64,000 bases of DNA from Histomonas meleagridis 2922-C6/04-290x. Lineage: Eukaryota; Protista; Parabasalia. Each line of letters begins with the position of its first letter. Position 1 is the stretch's first letter. The notes under the pieces are model-generated. The model worked only from the letters and a program-made list of their open reading frames with translations, had not been told where the DNA came from and searched no databases. Of the stretch, positions 33,373 through 45,115 are shown piece after piece. The stretch covers positions 186,001 to 250,000 of the forward strand of contig JAANOX010000258.1 of assembly GCA_020184695.1 (NCBI GenBank), in the 5' to 3' direction. The position numbers and the translations under genes were made by a program.

Positions 33373-33942
33373 ATGGAAAAGAAAAAATTGGATTTTGCAG
33401 TAATGCAAACAATCCAAAACAATGGATTTAATAATTACATAGGAGCAGAAATGCTGGCTGATGTTGCAGAACTAATACAAGAAACAGATATTGATAATTT
33501 TAAAATGCGAAAAACAGTCAAAACAGATATTGATCATCAATTAGCAACAGAATTTGTCATTGATTATCTTAGGCGCAAAGGTATGACTAATACTTTACGA
33601 TGTATTAGTGCTGAAACAAAAAATCAAATTAACCCTCAAATTCAAACAAGAACAATTGAAAAAGAACTCAAAATAAAGAGCAAAGATGATCCGTTAGGCT
33701 CACTATGCGATGAGTGGTTTAAAAATATGCAAAATTATTTACAAACAAATGAAGATTCTTTCAGGAAAGATATTGAAGCAAGACTAAAGCAACAACCATC
33801 CGAAGCTACAAGTAATGTGAACAAAGAAGACACTAAAGAGGAAACAAAAGAAACTGATACACCAAATCGCACAAAGAAAAAACACAAAAAAAGAAGGAGT
33901 TCCACAAGCTCAAAGAAAAAAGCACCCAAAAACAAAGCTTAA
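33373..33942 (+). CDS. Hypothetical protein with a LisH-like segment and basic tail
   Basis: LATEFVIDYLRRKGMTNTL (LisH-like); Lys-rich C-terminus. Confidence 0.65.
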   Translation: MEKKKLDFAVMQTIQNNGFNNYIGAEMLADVAELIQETDIDNFKMRKTVKTDIDHQLATEFVIDYLRRKGMTNTLRCISAETKNQINPQIQTRTIEKELKIKSKDDPLGSLCDEWFKNMQNYLQTNEDSFRKDIEARLKQQPSEATSNVNKEDTKEETKETDTPNRTKKKHKKRRSSTSSKKKAPKNKA

Positions 33943-34464
33943 AAATAGTTTTTAAACAAAATTATGCATAAATTGATTTTTTTTCAAACCCATAATCAAA
34001 GTAATTTAACTATTTCTGTATGACCATTTTTAGATGCAAATATAAGTTCTGTTTTAAATAATTTGAATAATTTCCAAATATTATTTTGAATTATAAAAAT
34101 TGTTTAAAAAAATTTTGAATAAAAGAAATAAATATCTTTAACATTGATATAAATTCCTATTTGTTAATAAGTAATTTAGCTATTTCGATATGTTTTCGAG
34201 AATAAAATATGATTCTTGTGAGACATCAAATTGTATGAAAATCATTGGTTGATGATAACATCTCCGTCATAAGAATGATATTTAGATGTTAAAAATCTCA
34301 GTTTTATATTTATTTAATTTTTTTTGTGAATAATGTCTTTTTTAAACAATAAATCTCATGTGTCAAAATGAGCTCACAATTAAAATTTTCAGTCAAACCT
34401 TTTCTATACATTTATAAACGGTCATTAAAATACAGAGACTGCTTTCGAATAATTATTCAGTAAA

Positions 34465-37400
34465 ATGTTCAGCAACGAACAGAAACTTGATCCCTCTTGC
34501 ACAGGAGATTCTCCAGTAGGGGAAAAAGAAGGTTCTAGGAGTTTATCTTCATACATAGAATTCCTTATCCCACTTGAACAAGTCATTTACAACTTAACAG
34601 AAGAAAATTTTGAATTTTCAGTTCAAAAGACAATAAATTTCTTTGATGCTAGTTATCCATATTCATTTAATGTAATTGTTATTTCTTTAGTTTACTATGC
34701 ATTTTTATCACGAAGGAACACAGTCGATATATATTTACATTATTTAGAAACAATTCAAACAAAAGAAGAAGAAATGGACGAAAACTTTCCGAAAATCATA
34801 AAAGCATTTATTAATTATTTATTAAAGATGAACACACAAGAGTCATATTATTTAATTGAAAAAATGATTGAAAGAAATATAATTAATGAAAATGTAACAA
34901 AAAAAATTCGTTCGAAGTATTTTGCACATTATACATTCCAAAAAAGAAACAAAAGATATAGTTCTGATCCAATAGAAAAGACATTTAATAAAAATTATAA
35001 AGAACTATCAAAAGATAATTGGGAACTTCATAAGCAATTAATTAAAGATGCAGTTAATCCAAATGAAATCTCGAAAATAATTCGAAATGATGAAATCGAA
35101 AAACTTCAAGAAATATCATCACAAAAAGACTTTAATTTTAATCAAATAATTAAGCCATCACTTTATGAAAGATATTCTTTTATTAACGAAGATAATGTTA
35201 CATTAATTGATTATGCAGCATTTTTTTCTTCGATAAAATGTTTTAAATATTTACTTATGAACAATGCAAATATAATAAAAACAGGTAAATATGCTGTTGC
35301 AGGTGGAAACATTGAAATCATTCATTTATGTGAACAGAATCATTCATCATTTAAAAAATCATATGAAACAGCAATTATGTTTCATCAAAATGATATCTTT
35401 AAATATATATATGAAAACAAATTTGAGAAATTAAAAGAAAATAATCAACAAATAACATTAGGAAATGAACAAATAAATATAAATAATTTAATAATCGTTT
35501 GTATCGATAGTGGAAATTATGAAATTCTTTCATTTTTGGAAAAAGAAATGTTAGTAAATGAGAATATTATTAATGAATCAGCAAAAACTGGAAATTTATA
35601 TCTTGTTAAATATTTTTTACATAATAATCAATTACCAAAAAATGTTTTGTTTAAGGCAATAACATCAGGAAATATTGAACTTGTGAAATATATTGTTGAA
35701 CAAAAAGAAATCGATATAAATGCTAAAGATATTTTTTTGTTTTGTTTAAAATTTGTTTTAATTTTTTAATGTTTCATAATAATATTTGGAAATTATTAAA
35801 AGTATTTAATACAGCGCTTAATAGAGCGGCTCAAAAAGATCAAGCAGAAATATTTAAATTAATTCTTGAACAAGGATTAATTGATATTAATGATAAAAAT
35901 ATTAAAATTTTTGATTTATAATTTGTTGTTATAATTTGATGATTATAATTAATATTTGGAAATTATTTAAATTGTTTGAAACAGCACTAACTATTGCATC
36001 TGAAATTGGTAATATAGAAATAGTTAAATTACTTCTTGACCAAAAAGATATTGATGTTAATACTGATAATATTAAATTAATTATTTATAATTTTTATTTT
36101 AATAATTTGATATTTCAAAATAATATTTGGAATTAATATAAAACATTTAAAACAGCACTTATTTTGGCAGCTGAGTTTAATCAAACTAAAATAGTTAAAT
36201 TATTTCTTCAAAAAGAAGGAATTGATGTTAATATTAAAGATATTAATTCATTTTATTTAATGTTTTTTTGAATGATTTTGGATAACATTAAAATATTTGG
36301 AAATTATTCAAATTATTTAGTACAGCTCTTCTATCAGCATCTGGATATGGTTACATAAAAATAGTTAAATTACTTCTTGCAAAAAAAGGAATTGACATTA
36401 ATTCTGCAGACATTTCTTTTTTTGTTTTAGAATTTATTTCAATAATTTGATATTCCCAAAAAATATTTGGAATTGATTCAAATTATTTGAAACTCCTCTT
36501 ATGATTGCATGTGAAAAAGGCCGTATGGAAATAATAAAATTACTTCTTGAACAAAAAGGAATTAACATTAACGCTAAAACTGATCATTTAATATATTTAA
36601 AATTCTTTTTAATGATTTAATATAACAAAATAATATTTAAAATTTATTCAAATTATTTGAAACGCCACTAATGAAAGCGATTGGAAGTAATCGAATTGAA
36701 ATCGTCAAATTACTTCTTGAACAAGAAGGAATTGATATTAATATTAAAACTATTTTTTTGAGAATTTTAAAGTTTATTTAAATAATTTTATGTTTTAAAA
36801 TAATGTTTGGGAATTATTCAAATTATTTTTTACTGGACTTTCATATGCTTCTTTTTATGGACATACGGAAATAGTTAAATTACTTCTTGAGCAAAATGGA
36901 ATTAATATTAATATAAAAGCTATTTGTATATAAAATTTAAAGTTTTTTAATATTATTTAATGTTTTATAGTTATATTTGGAATTTTGGCAAATGATTTCG
37001 TGCAGCACTTATGTATGCAGCAGAAAATGGTCATAGTGAAATAGTTAAAATACTTCTTGAACAAAAAGGAATTAATTTAAATGATAAAGATATTAATTTG
37101 TAATTTATAATATTTTTTATACTAATTTTTCGTTTCATTATAATATTTGGAAATTATTTAAATCATTTTTTACTGCATTAATGTTAGCAACTAAAAATTT
37201 ATATATAGAAACAATTAAATTACTTCTTGAACAAGAAGGAATTGATATTAATGCTAAAGATATTTATTTGTCTTATAAAATGTTTTCTTTAAATATTTAA
37301 TGTTTTGGAATAATATTTGGAATTTGTTGATATCATTTAACACTGCATTAATTTGGGCCGCTGAAACTTTTCGTGTGGAAATTGTTCAATTATTTCTTGA

Positions 37401-37589
37401 TCAAAAAGGAATTGATATTAATGCGAAAAATATTAATTTGTTTTATACGATTTTTAAATAAATAATTTGATGCTTAAAAAATATATTTGGAATTTATTCA
37501 TTTCATTTGATACGGCACTTACGTGCGCTTCGAGATATTATTGTAGTGAAATTGTTCATTTACTTTGTGATAAAGGTGCAGTGAATTAA
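34465..37589 (+). CDS. DUF3447-type ankyrin-repeat protein whose 11 C-terminal repeats are each preceded by an 80/81-nt non-coding spacer
   Basis: Open 34465-35730, then stop-free ankyrin modules at 35811, 35981, 36152, 36322, 36492, 36662, 36832, 37002, 37172, 37342 (90 nt each) and a shorter terminal module at 37512 ending TAA at 37587-37589. Removing 68 nt per spacer (69 for the 81-nt one) gives a continuous 791-aa ORF. Confidence 0.8.
35731..37589 (+). repeat. 170-bp-period array: 80-nt spacer plus 90-nt ankyrin module, 11 units
   Basis: Spacer lengths counted by hand: 80,80,81,80,80,80,80,80,80,80,80. Shared core AATATTTGGAA and 3' end ATTATTT-NNN. Confidence 0.95.
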
Positions 37590-38918
37590 TAACATTTGTA
37601 TATATTTTTAGTCATGTTAATTAATAAAGAACCGGATTTTTAATTTTTCATTTTTTTGAGGTATACATATGAAATGAAGAATTTGTTGATTTAATTCATA
37701 GGGATTTATGTTTTAAATTGATGGTGATCTTTAATATACAAATAAGATTATTGTGATCTTATAGAGGATATTTTCAAATTTATTTTGCTTTCATTTAAAA
37801 TTTACAACAAAATTTGGTAAAACCAATTCTTTGTTTGTTACGAACATATTCATGAAAAATGATTTCTAGTTAAGCCATCTAAACTTAAACTGTGAACATT
37901 TTGTTAAGCAAAAAATATTTAATGGAAGCGTAGAGGTGCAGTTAAAAAAAATTCATAATCGAAATTTCTCCAAACATATAACGTAAAATAAAAATATGTA
38001 TATGTGCAGAAATTTTAAATCAATTTTTATACATTTTTATTTTAACAGATGAGCAATAATACATGATATATTTATGAAAAATGCATACTTACATACACAT
38101 AAATTTGAAATACTTTTTCTATCTTCTAACTATGCTTCTGAAATTAGCTTTTTGAATTCAAAATAACAAAAATTGGTTATGTACTTTAAATATGATTATA
38201 TGAATCAATATGTATACATATAATCTACATGATAATTGATGCAATTTTGTGGACACTTTTTGAATATTCAATTTCAGGCTATTTAAAAAAAATGAACTGA
38301 AAATTTTATGATCACCTCACTTACCAATGAAATTTCGATATATATATCTTGTATATTAATACATTTTTTAGTATAATAATTATTATTATTGATTAATTAT
38401 TCATGTGAAATTATATTATATCAAAATAAAAAGAAACGCACACTAGCTCTACGTATTGTTTGAATAAATGGCGTCAACCATTTGAGAAAATCGATCAAAT
38501 TATATTATGAAATAGAAAATTGTATTAACAATGTTTTATTCAATGATATTTCATAATTCCTTTGTGTTTTGCTCACATATTAAGATATTCTTGAATAAAT
38601 GTTTTTGATTAATTTTGCTTATAATTAAAATCTTCAAAACATTTGAACTTAGAAAAAGTAACACAAACAACAACGCATTGTACTGATTCTGAATGTATAT
38701 CATATTATGAAAAATATTCATTTTTAAAATTTCAATTACAATTAGCGTTTAGAATGAAAAAGTCAAGTCCATAAAAAAAACGTTAACTTTTAACTGGGTA
38801 AATCTTTTTTCTGAGGAATTGTGGTGTGCAAGCGGTTATTTCTCTCAAATCGAGGGGTTTTCGTTGTGCAATTTGACACACAAAAAACAACATTTTTTTT
38901 GTTTGTTCCCTGGGAACA

Positions 38919-41426
38919 ATGTTTTTCTCTTTTATCTTCATGTTAATACAAAACTCTTTCCAAGAGTGGACCATTGAATCAGGAAAACTTACACTTAATG
39001 ACCAACTTGATTTTGAAGAAATTTTGTCCAATAAAAATCAGATAGTTGAACTAGAAATCACTGGTGATAGTGTTACTTATATTCCAAGCAATCAGTTCGA
39101 TGCTGCAGAATCAATCGAAACTGTTACTTTATCTGACTCTGTTATAACAATTCAAGACAATGCTTTTCGCCAATGCAAAAAATTAATTACTGTAAAGTTT
39201 GGGAGAGGGCTAAGCAACATTTCAAACTGTGCATTTCAAGCGTGCGAAACTCTTCAATCCATTACGTTTCCAGTTGAAACTCAACTTACAATTGGCTCCC
39301 AAGCATTTGATCAATGTATTTCAATAACTGAAGTAACTATTCCTAAAAATCTTTTATTATTAGGGGAAAGCGCTTATAGTAGTTGCACTAATCTAAGGAA
39401 TATTACTTTTGAAGAAGACATTAATATTACGACAATTCCGAATTATTGTTTCGAAGGTTGTGTAAACCTGATATCCATTAATATACCTGGTTCAGTTAAA
39501 ACAATCAGTCGAAATGCTTTTAATTATTGTTCTTCATTATCAAATGTTACACTTGGATCAGGAATTATGACAATTTCTCGTGGTGCATTTGAATATAGCG
39601 GAATAACATCAGTTGTAATTCCCTCAAATACACAAATAATCGCTGTTGAAGCATTCTATTACTGTGTAAAACTTACAAAATTCACGTTTAATGGAAGTAA
39701 TTTAACAACAATTGCAGATAGTGCATTGGCGTATACGGCAATAACCGAAATTCAATTACCATTATCTGTTAATACACTTGGTGATTCTGTGTTTGAATCC
39801 TGTTTATATTTAACAACTGCCAATATTGGAAATATAAATCAAATTTCGATAAACTTGTTCCAAAACTGCCAAAATTTATCTTCAGTCACTTTAATTGACA
39901 CAATAACTGAAGTCGGAGCTTATTCATTTTCTGGTTGTAGTGCACTGAAAGAAATTTCATTACCAAAAGTTATAACAATTGGAAATAGTGCATTTAGATC
40001 AGCAGGACTTATAACAATTAATGTTAGCCAAAGCATTCAATCTGTTGGCCGTAATGCATTTTCTAGCTGCATCGAATTGACATCAATTGATCTCACAAAT
40101 GTTGAAACTATAGAAGAAAGTGCATTTTCATACTGTTCATCATTGGTAACATGCACAATTGGTAATAAACTTCAAATAATTGAAGAGAGGGCATTTCAAG
40201 ATTGCACAAGCTTAGTAACCATTCATATTCCAAGTACAACAACTACAATTGAATATTATGCATTTGCAAATACACAATCATTAAAATCAATTGATGTTGA
40301 TGAAGGAAATGAATATTATTGCAATTATAATAATGACGGCGTTCTTTACAATTATAATAAATCAGAAATTATATCGTATCCAGGATCAAAATTAGGAATA
40401 TGTTATATTCCAGATACAGTTACAACGATTAAACAATATGCATGTCAAGGAAACAAAGGAATAACACAATTTGCAGGCGGTGTATCATTGAAAACGATTG
40501 AAGAATATGCATTTTATAGTGCACAATTCATCAATATAACACTTCCTAATTCAATTGAAACCATTAAAGCTCATGCATTTCATTCTTGCGATTATTTGTC
40601 TGTTCTTTATTTGGGATCAAATCTTAAAACTATTGGCGATTACGCATTTTACATGTGTACAGCAGTCAGGTGTTTATTTTATTATGGTACAGAAGCGCCA
40701 ACTTTTGGTACAGAAGCATTTTCAAATCTAATAACATCAATAGTTCAGTGTTTAAATGATTATCAAAGCGACACATTTTATCGTTTCACTGTTCATTTTG
40801 GAACATTGAGTGAATGTATACCAGCAACACCAACATTTACAAAATCGAATACATTTACTTTGTCAAACCCTATAAATAATACATTTACACGATCAAACAC
40901 ATTAGCACGATCGAATACATTAACTGAATCAAATACATTAACAGGAACGAATACATTAACAGAATCAAAAGCAACTGAATCACATGCATTAACAATTTCT
41001 CATTCTGAAAATACTGTTTCACAATCTAATCCAACAAATGTTGACGAAACATATTCTTTAGTGATAACATACAAAATTACTGAAACTGTTGTGATAAACA
41101 ATTCGTTCATTACGAATTCAGTAATATATTCGCCATATCATTCAACATTTGTTGTTTCTTATACAGATTCTATATATTATGAATATGATGTTAGTCAGTA
41201 TTATTCGTTATCTGAATATTATACAAATTTATATAAAAACACAGATGGCCAAAATGATAATGATGATGATACAACGCTAATCATAGTTATTTGCGTGGTT
41301 GTTGCTGTTGTAATTATCGCTGTCGTTGTTATTGCTATAGTATTATATAAAAGAAAATCCAAACAAAATAATCAAGACGCATTTAATAATCAACATTTCG
41401 ATGAAGATGACATTGTAGATCTCTAA
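38919..41426 (+). CDS. BspA-like LRR_5 surface protein with TxSNT stalk, TM helix and acidic tail
   Basis: Signal peptide, many (L/I)xxIxIPxxVxxIxxxAFxxCxxL repeats, FTKSNT repeats and TM LIIVICVVVAVVIIAVVVIAIVLY. Confidence 0.92.
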   Translation: MFFSFIFMLIQNSFQEWTIESGKLTLNDQLDFEEILSNKNQIVELEITGDSVTYIPSNQFDAAESIETVTLSDSVITIQDNAFRQCKKLITVKFGRGLSNISNCAFQACETLQSITFPVETQLTIGSQAFDQCISITEVTIPKNLLLLGESAYSSCTNLRNITFEEDINITTIPNYCFEGCVNLISINIPGSVKTISRNAFNYCSSLSNVTLGSGIMTISRGAFEYSGITSVVIPSNTQIIAVEAFYYCVKLTKFTFNGSNLTTIADSALAYTAITEIQLPLSVNTLGDSVFESCLYLTTANIGNINQISINLFQNCQNLSSVTLIDTITEVGAYSFSGCSALKEISLPKVITIGNSAFRSAGLITINVSQSIQSVGRNAFSSCIELTSIDLTNVETIEESAFSYCSSLVTCTIGNKLQIIEERAFQDCTSLVTIHIPSTTTTIEYYAFANTQSLKSIDVDEGNEYYCNYNNDGVLYNYNKSEIISYPGSKLGICYIPDTVTTIKQYACQGNKGITQFAGGVSLKTIEEYAFYSAQFINITLPNSIETIKAHAFHSCDYLSVLYLGSNLKTIGDYAFYMCTAVRCLFYYGTEAPTFGTEAFSNLITSIVQCLNDYQSDTFYRFTVHFGTLSECIPATPTFTKSNTFTLSNPINNTFTRSNTLARSNTLTESNTLTGTNTLTESKATESHALTISHSENTVSQSNPTNVDETYSLVITYKITETVVINNSFITNSVIYSPYHSTFVVSYTDSIYYEYDVSQYYSLSEYYTNLYKNTDGQNDNDDDTTLIIVICVVVAVVIIAVVVIAIVLYKRKSKQNNQDAFNNQHFDEDDIVDL

Positions 41427-41847
41427 AAAATAAATAAAACATCCAATGATTTACAATATGGTTGAAAGTTAAAGTCATTGTAAATCATTTTCAATTAATA
41501 ACATGAATAAAAAAATAATAATAATTTTATCTTAAAATATTTAATGTTTAATTGAACCAAACACATATCTTGAGAACCAAAGAAGCGATTGATTTGATTT
41601 GGTTTGTTTGTCGAAAAGTCTATTTGTTGAATGTGAGAAATCAGCTTCGAATATATTCAGTATTGAAAATATCATAACTTTTTTTTAAAAAAAAATTCAT
41701 TTTGGTATATGATTTTTATCTATTTTGAGTGCTGATTCATTTGAATAAACGAATTCGAATTGTGAAATGGGGCGCCCCATATACATAACGGTCAACATGT
41801 TCACATATTTGCATAACTGTTAAGGCGGTTATGTAAAATTGAAACAA

Positions 41848-43053
41848 ATGAATAAAGAAGAAGTCGAATCTTTAGTTTCTTTGCTTTCTGAAACAAACGA
41901 TTCTTTATCTACAATTCGCTCTAAGTTTGTAGATGCATTTCGATTTCGAAACAGAATGACTGCTATTACAACACTCTCGATGCTATTATCAGATGGATTA
42001 CTAGATCATTCTCAACAAATAGTAGCATTATGGATTACGCTCAAAGAGTTTCCTGAAGTGTCTATTAATGATCATCCTTTACTCCCAATTTTTGTGTATT
42101 TATTTAATCAAAGATTGACAAATCCAAACATGTGCCCACCACAAATGTATGATATTTTAGGACTTGTCCTCGAAAAGAAGGATTACGAATACGTCGGATC
42201 AATGTCAGTTAAAACCATTTTTTCGTCCAAATTTTCAGTTGACAACAAACCTTCATCAAACATTCCCGACGTTAAGCCATACCAACATAAGGTTCCTTTA
42301 GTTCTCAGTGAATCCAAGCAATATCCCCAAGTGCAGCCACAAGATCAAAAGCAAATTCTTATGGATTTACTTTTATCCAATTCACTTTTAGACGACTTTG
42401 AACCATTACCAATCCGCCCAGTTCCTGATTTATTACCCATTTCCTCTGATGAGCTTAGTCACACTTTTATTTCCTCGTTTGATTCGTCACCCTTTTTATT
42501 TGATGAATGTGTTTCAATTAATTCCAAGACCGCTGCTCTTTCCATGATAAACCGGTCCACTGAGAGCAAGTTAAAACCAGCAGAGTCTGATTCATTAATT
42601 TTAGAGTTTAAGAAATCGCCTGAATTAATTAGCGAAGCCAATTTACCATATGACAGGATAGAATCCATGATAGAACTTAACCCGAGCGTAGCTAAGGAAG
42701 TCGTGGAGTACCTCGCGATCAAGAAGGACCCCAAAATCCTTGATTTCCTCTCAAAAACTCCGATCACAAATTCAATTGCGGAGGTTATCGGTTTTGTTTT
42801 GGAGCGCCCCGACCTCCCATCGGAGCAGTTAGAGCAGTTTGTGAGAAACTCAATAACAACGTTACAATCGATGAGTAACCAACAAAATTATACAAAAAGA
42901 ATATCGTTGTTTTGTGGGATGCTTTGTGAAATATGTAAAAAGGGTATAAGGTTTAGTGATACAATGCTCGTGGATTTGTACTCATTTTGCGTGGAGCCAA
43001 AAAATGATTCCATAAAAGAGTCACAGGAATTGGCAAATATTTTATCATATTAA
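41848..43053 (+). CDS. CNOT11: CCR4-NOT subunit 11 homologue
   Basis: QQIVALWI, DDFEPLPIRPVPDL, MIELNPSVAKEVV and RISLFCGML..DLYSFCVE match the CNOT11 layout as recalled. Confidence 0.75.
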   Translation: MNKEEVESLVSLLSETNDSLSTIRSKFVDAFRFRNRMTAITTLSMLLSDGLLDHSQQIVALWITLKEFPEVSINDHPLLPIFVYLFNQRLTNPNMCPPQMYDILGLVLEKKDYEYVGSMSVKTIFSSKFSVDNKPSSNIPDVKPYQHKVPLVLSESKQYPQVQPQDQKQILMDLLLSNSLLDDFEPLPIRPVPDLLPISSDELSHTFISSFDSSPFLFDECVSINSKTAALSMINRSTESKLKPAESDSLILEFKKSPELISEANLPYDRIESMIELNPSVAKEVVEYLAIKKDPKILDFLSKTPITNSIAEVIGFVLERPDLPSEQLEQFVRNSITTLQSMSNQQNYTKRISLFCGMLCEICKKGIRFSDTMLVDLYSFCVEPKNDSIKESQELANILSY

Positions 43054-43689
43054 AGTTATTAAAGATTTATAAAGAGATTTTTGGTTATTTGCGTAAAAAT
43101 AAAATTTGATTTTTTTTATTGAAAATTATTTTCGTAAAAAAAATCGAAAACGTTTTTACATTTGATTAATAATTTTGTATTATTTTCCTTTAAGTGCTTT
43201 AAAACTTATATAATAAACAATTTAATTTCACATATTGTTATTTTATTTTTATATGAACAGATGGAAAGAAGTTCAATAATTCAGAGAAGAATTTAAAATA
43301 TTAAAATATAATGATGTAAATTTAATTAATAATGTATATATGATTTCTCAATCTTTTGCGAATGATTAAATATCTATATTTATCTTGAGCACATTATTTC
43401 TAATTTAATTACAATGGAATTTACGACATAAATAAAATTAGTTTGTTAATAAGTAGAAACAAAAATAAATCGATCAATTTAAATGATTTTAATTAGTGTT
43501 GTGATTCACCAAGAAAAAATACAAATTGAATCCTTTTCCATCAAAGAAGTTTTATATATAAAAATGCATATGAACGTGAAAAGAAAAACGATTATTTTTT
43601 AAAAAAAGTTTTTATTTAAATTTAAAAATATTTGAAAATTTTCATATATTTTGTTTGAAAGTATAGAAATTCATATTCATTATGAATTA

Positions 43690-44712
43690 TTATTTCCATT
43701 GGTCGTTTTCTTCATGAATATATTCGTTAAAACCACCGCCAACGAATTCAGTTTGATCGTTATTATCACAATTTGATAAAAAAGATTTTTCTGATTTTGA
43801 AATTGAATTTCGTTTATTGCCTTTTTTAACAACAAAAATAACAATTCCGACAATCAAAAGAACAATTAGAATTGCGCCGCATATTATACCAATTAATACA
43901 TTTGTAGGAATAATTTTCACATTATTTGTCTCATTTTCCATAATTATTGTGTAAAATCTGGTGTAAATATTATATTGCGAAGTGTATTGATGAATTGTAT
44001 AATTATAATAAATGACTTGTGAATGCGTAAATGTATAACTTGAAGCAATAAATGTATTTATTAATGTGTTCTATAAATACGTGTTAACAATTAATGTCTG
44101 CGTAACAGAATAAAAATTAATTAATGAAAATGAAATTGAAATATTTGGAATGAAAGAAATTGTAAATGTGTTTGAATTAGTAAATGAAATACTTGAAGTA
44201 AATGAACTCGATTGTGAGAATGTATTTGAATTTGTAAATGTATCTGAATTAGTAAATGAATTTAAATTTGTAAATGTATTCGAATTAGTAAATGTATTCG
44301 AATATGTATCACTTCCTGTGAATGTAAGTGTTGCCCAGAAATATATATCACATTCTGGTTCCAATTTATATGAAACTTCAAGTGTTCCAAATGTCCCATT
44401 TTCATATAAATATGATGTCATAACATATTTAGTACCGATATTAGAAAATGCTTTCGAACTTATACCTGTTGGTGTTTCAAAACCTTTGTAATAAATACAT
44501 TTGAGATTGATGCATGATCGAAATGCATAATCGCCAATCGTTTCTAAATTTTCACCAATAATAACTGTTGTTAAATTACTACATGATTCAAATGCTGAAT
44601 CGTCAATAGTTGTAACTGAATTCGGAATTGTAATATTCGTTAATGATGAACAATATTGAAATGTATTAATACAAATTATTTCGATATTTTCTGATATGTT
44701 AACTGTTTCTAA
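43690..44712 (-). pseudogene. 5'-truncated BspA-like gene with a premature TAG at 44071-44073
   Basis: ITIPNSVTTIDDSAFESCSNL, FTNSNT repeats and TM VLIGIICGAILIVLLIVGIVIFVV all in one frame, with no start codon ahead of the LRRs. Confidence 0.8.
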
Positions 44713-45115
44713 TTAAAAAATCGATAATATCGTATACTTTAGTAGTGACCGTTCAGAAATTACGCTATATATGTATATTTGTTTGTCACTCGCTCTGATT
44801 ATTCCATTAAAAATTCTTCGCATTTTTAATTATTCCATTTTTCCATATGGAAAAACATATTATACATAGTACAATTAAAAATACATATGTTCCTCTCATA
44901 TAAACATTTAACATAAATTTTAATCCATTTCGGAATTTCATTTTACTTTGCAAAGTATTGTTATCCATATATTTTTCTTAATGATTCATTCTCAACACAT
45001 TTATCTTGATAAAATTCTTGTGTATTAATTATGTAATTTATTTCAAATAAAAAACATTTTGACGTATTATTTCGTTTATTAACAAAATTAAGTTCGAAAG
45101 AAAATTCGAATCTAT

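Noticed and set aside
35731-37511. Classic matched take-off/landing codon ribosome hop (T4 gene 60 type)
   Set aside because: Candidate take-off codons (TTG, ATT, TTA, TCA, ATA) do not consistently match in-frame landing codons across the spacers. An unmatched bypass is not excluded.
35731-37589. CRISPR-like repeat-spacer array
   Set aside because: The conserved units are 90-nt protein-coding ankyrin modules, the spacers are homologous to one another, the context is eukaryotic, and there are no cas genes.
35731-37589. 170-bp period as pure nucleosome phasing
   Set aside because: Paralogous arrays have 153-163-bp periods, and phasing would not explain the stop-free modules. Kept only as a possible contributor to the length constraint.
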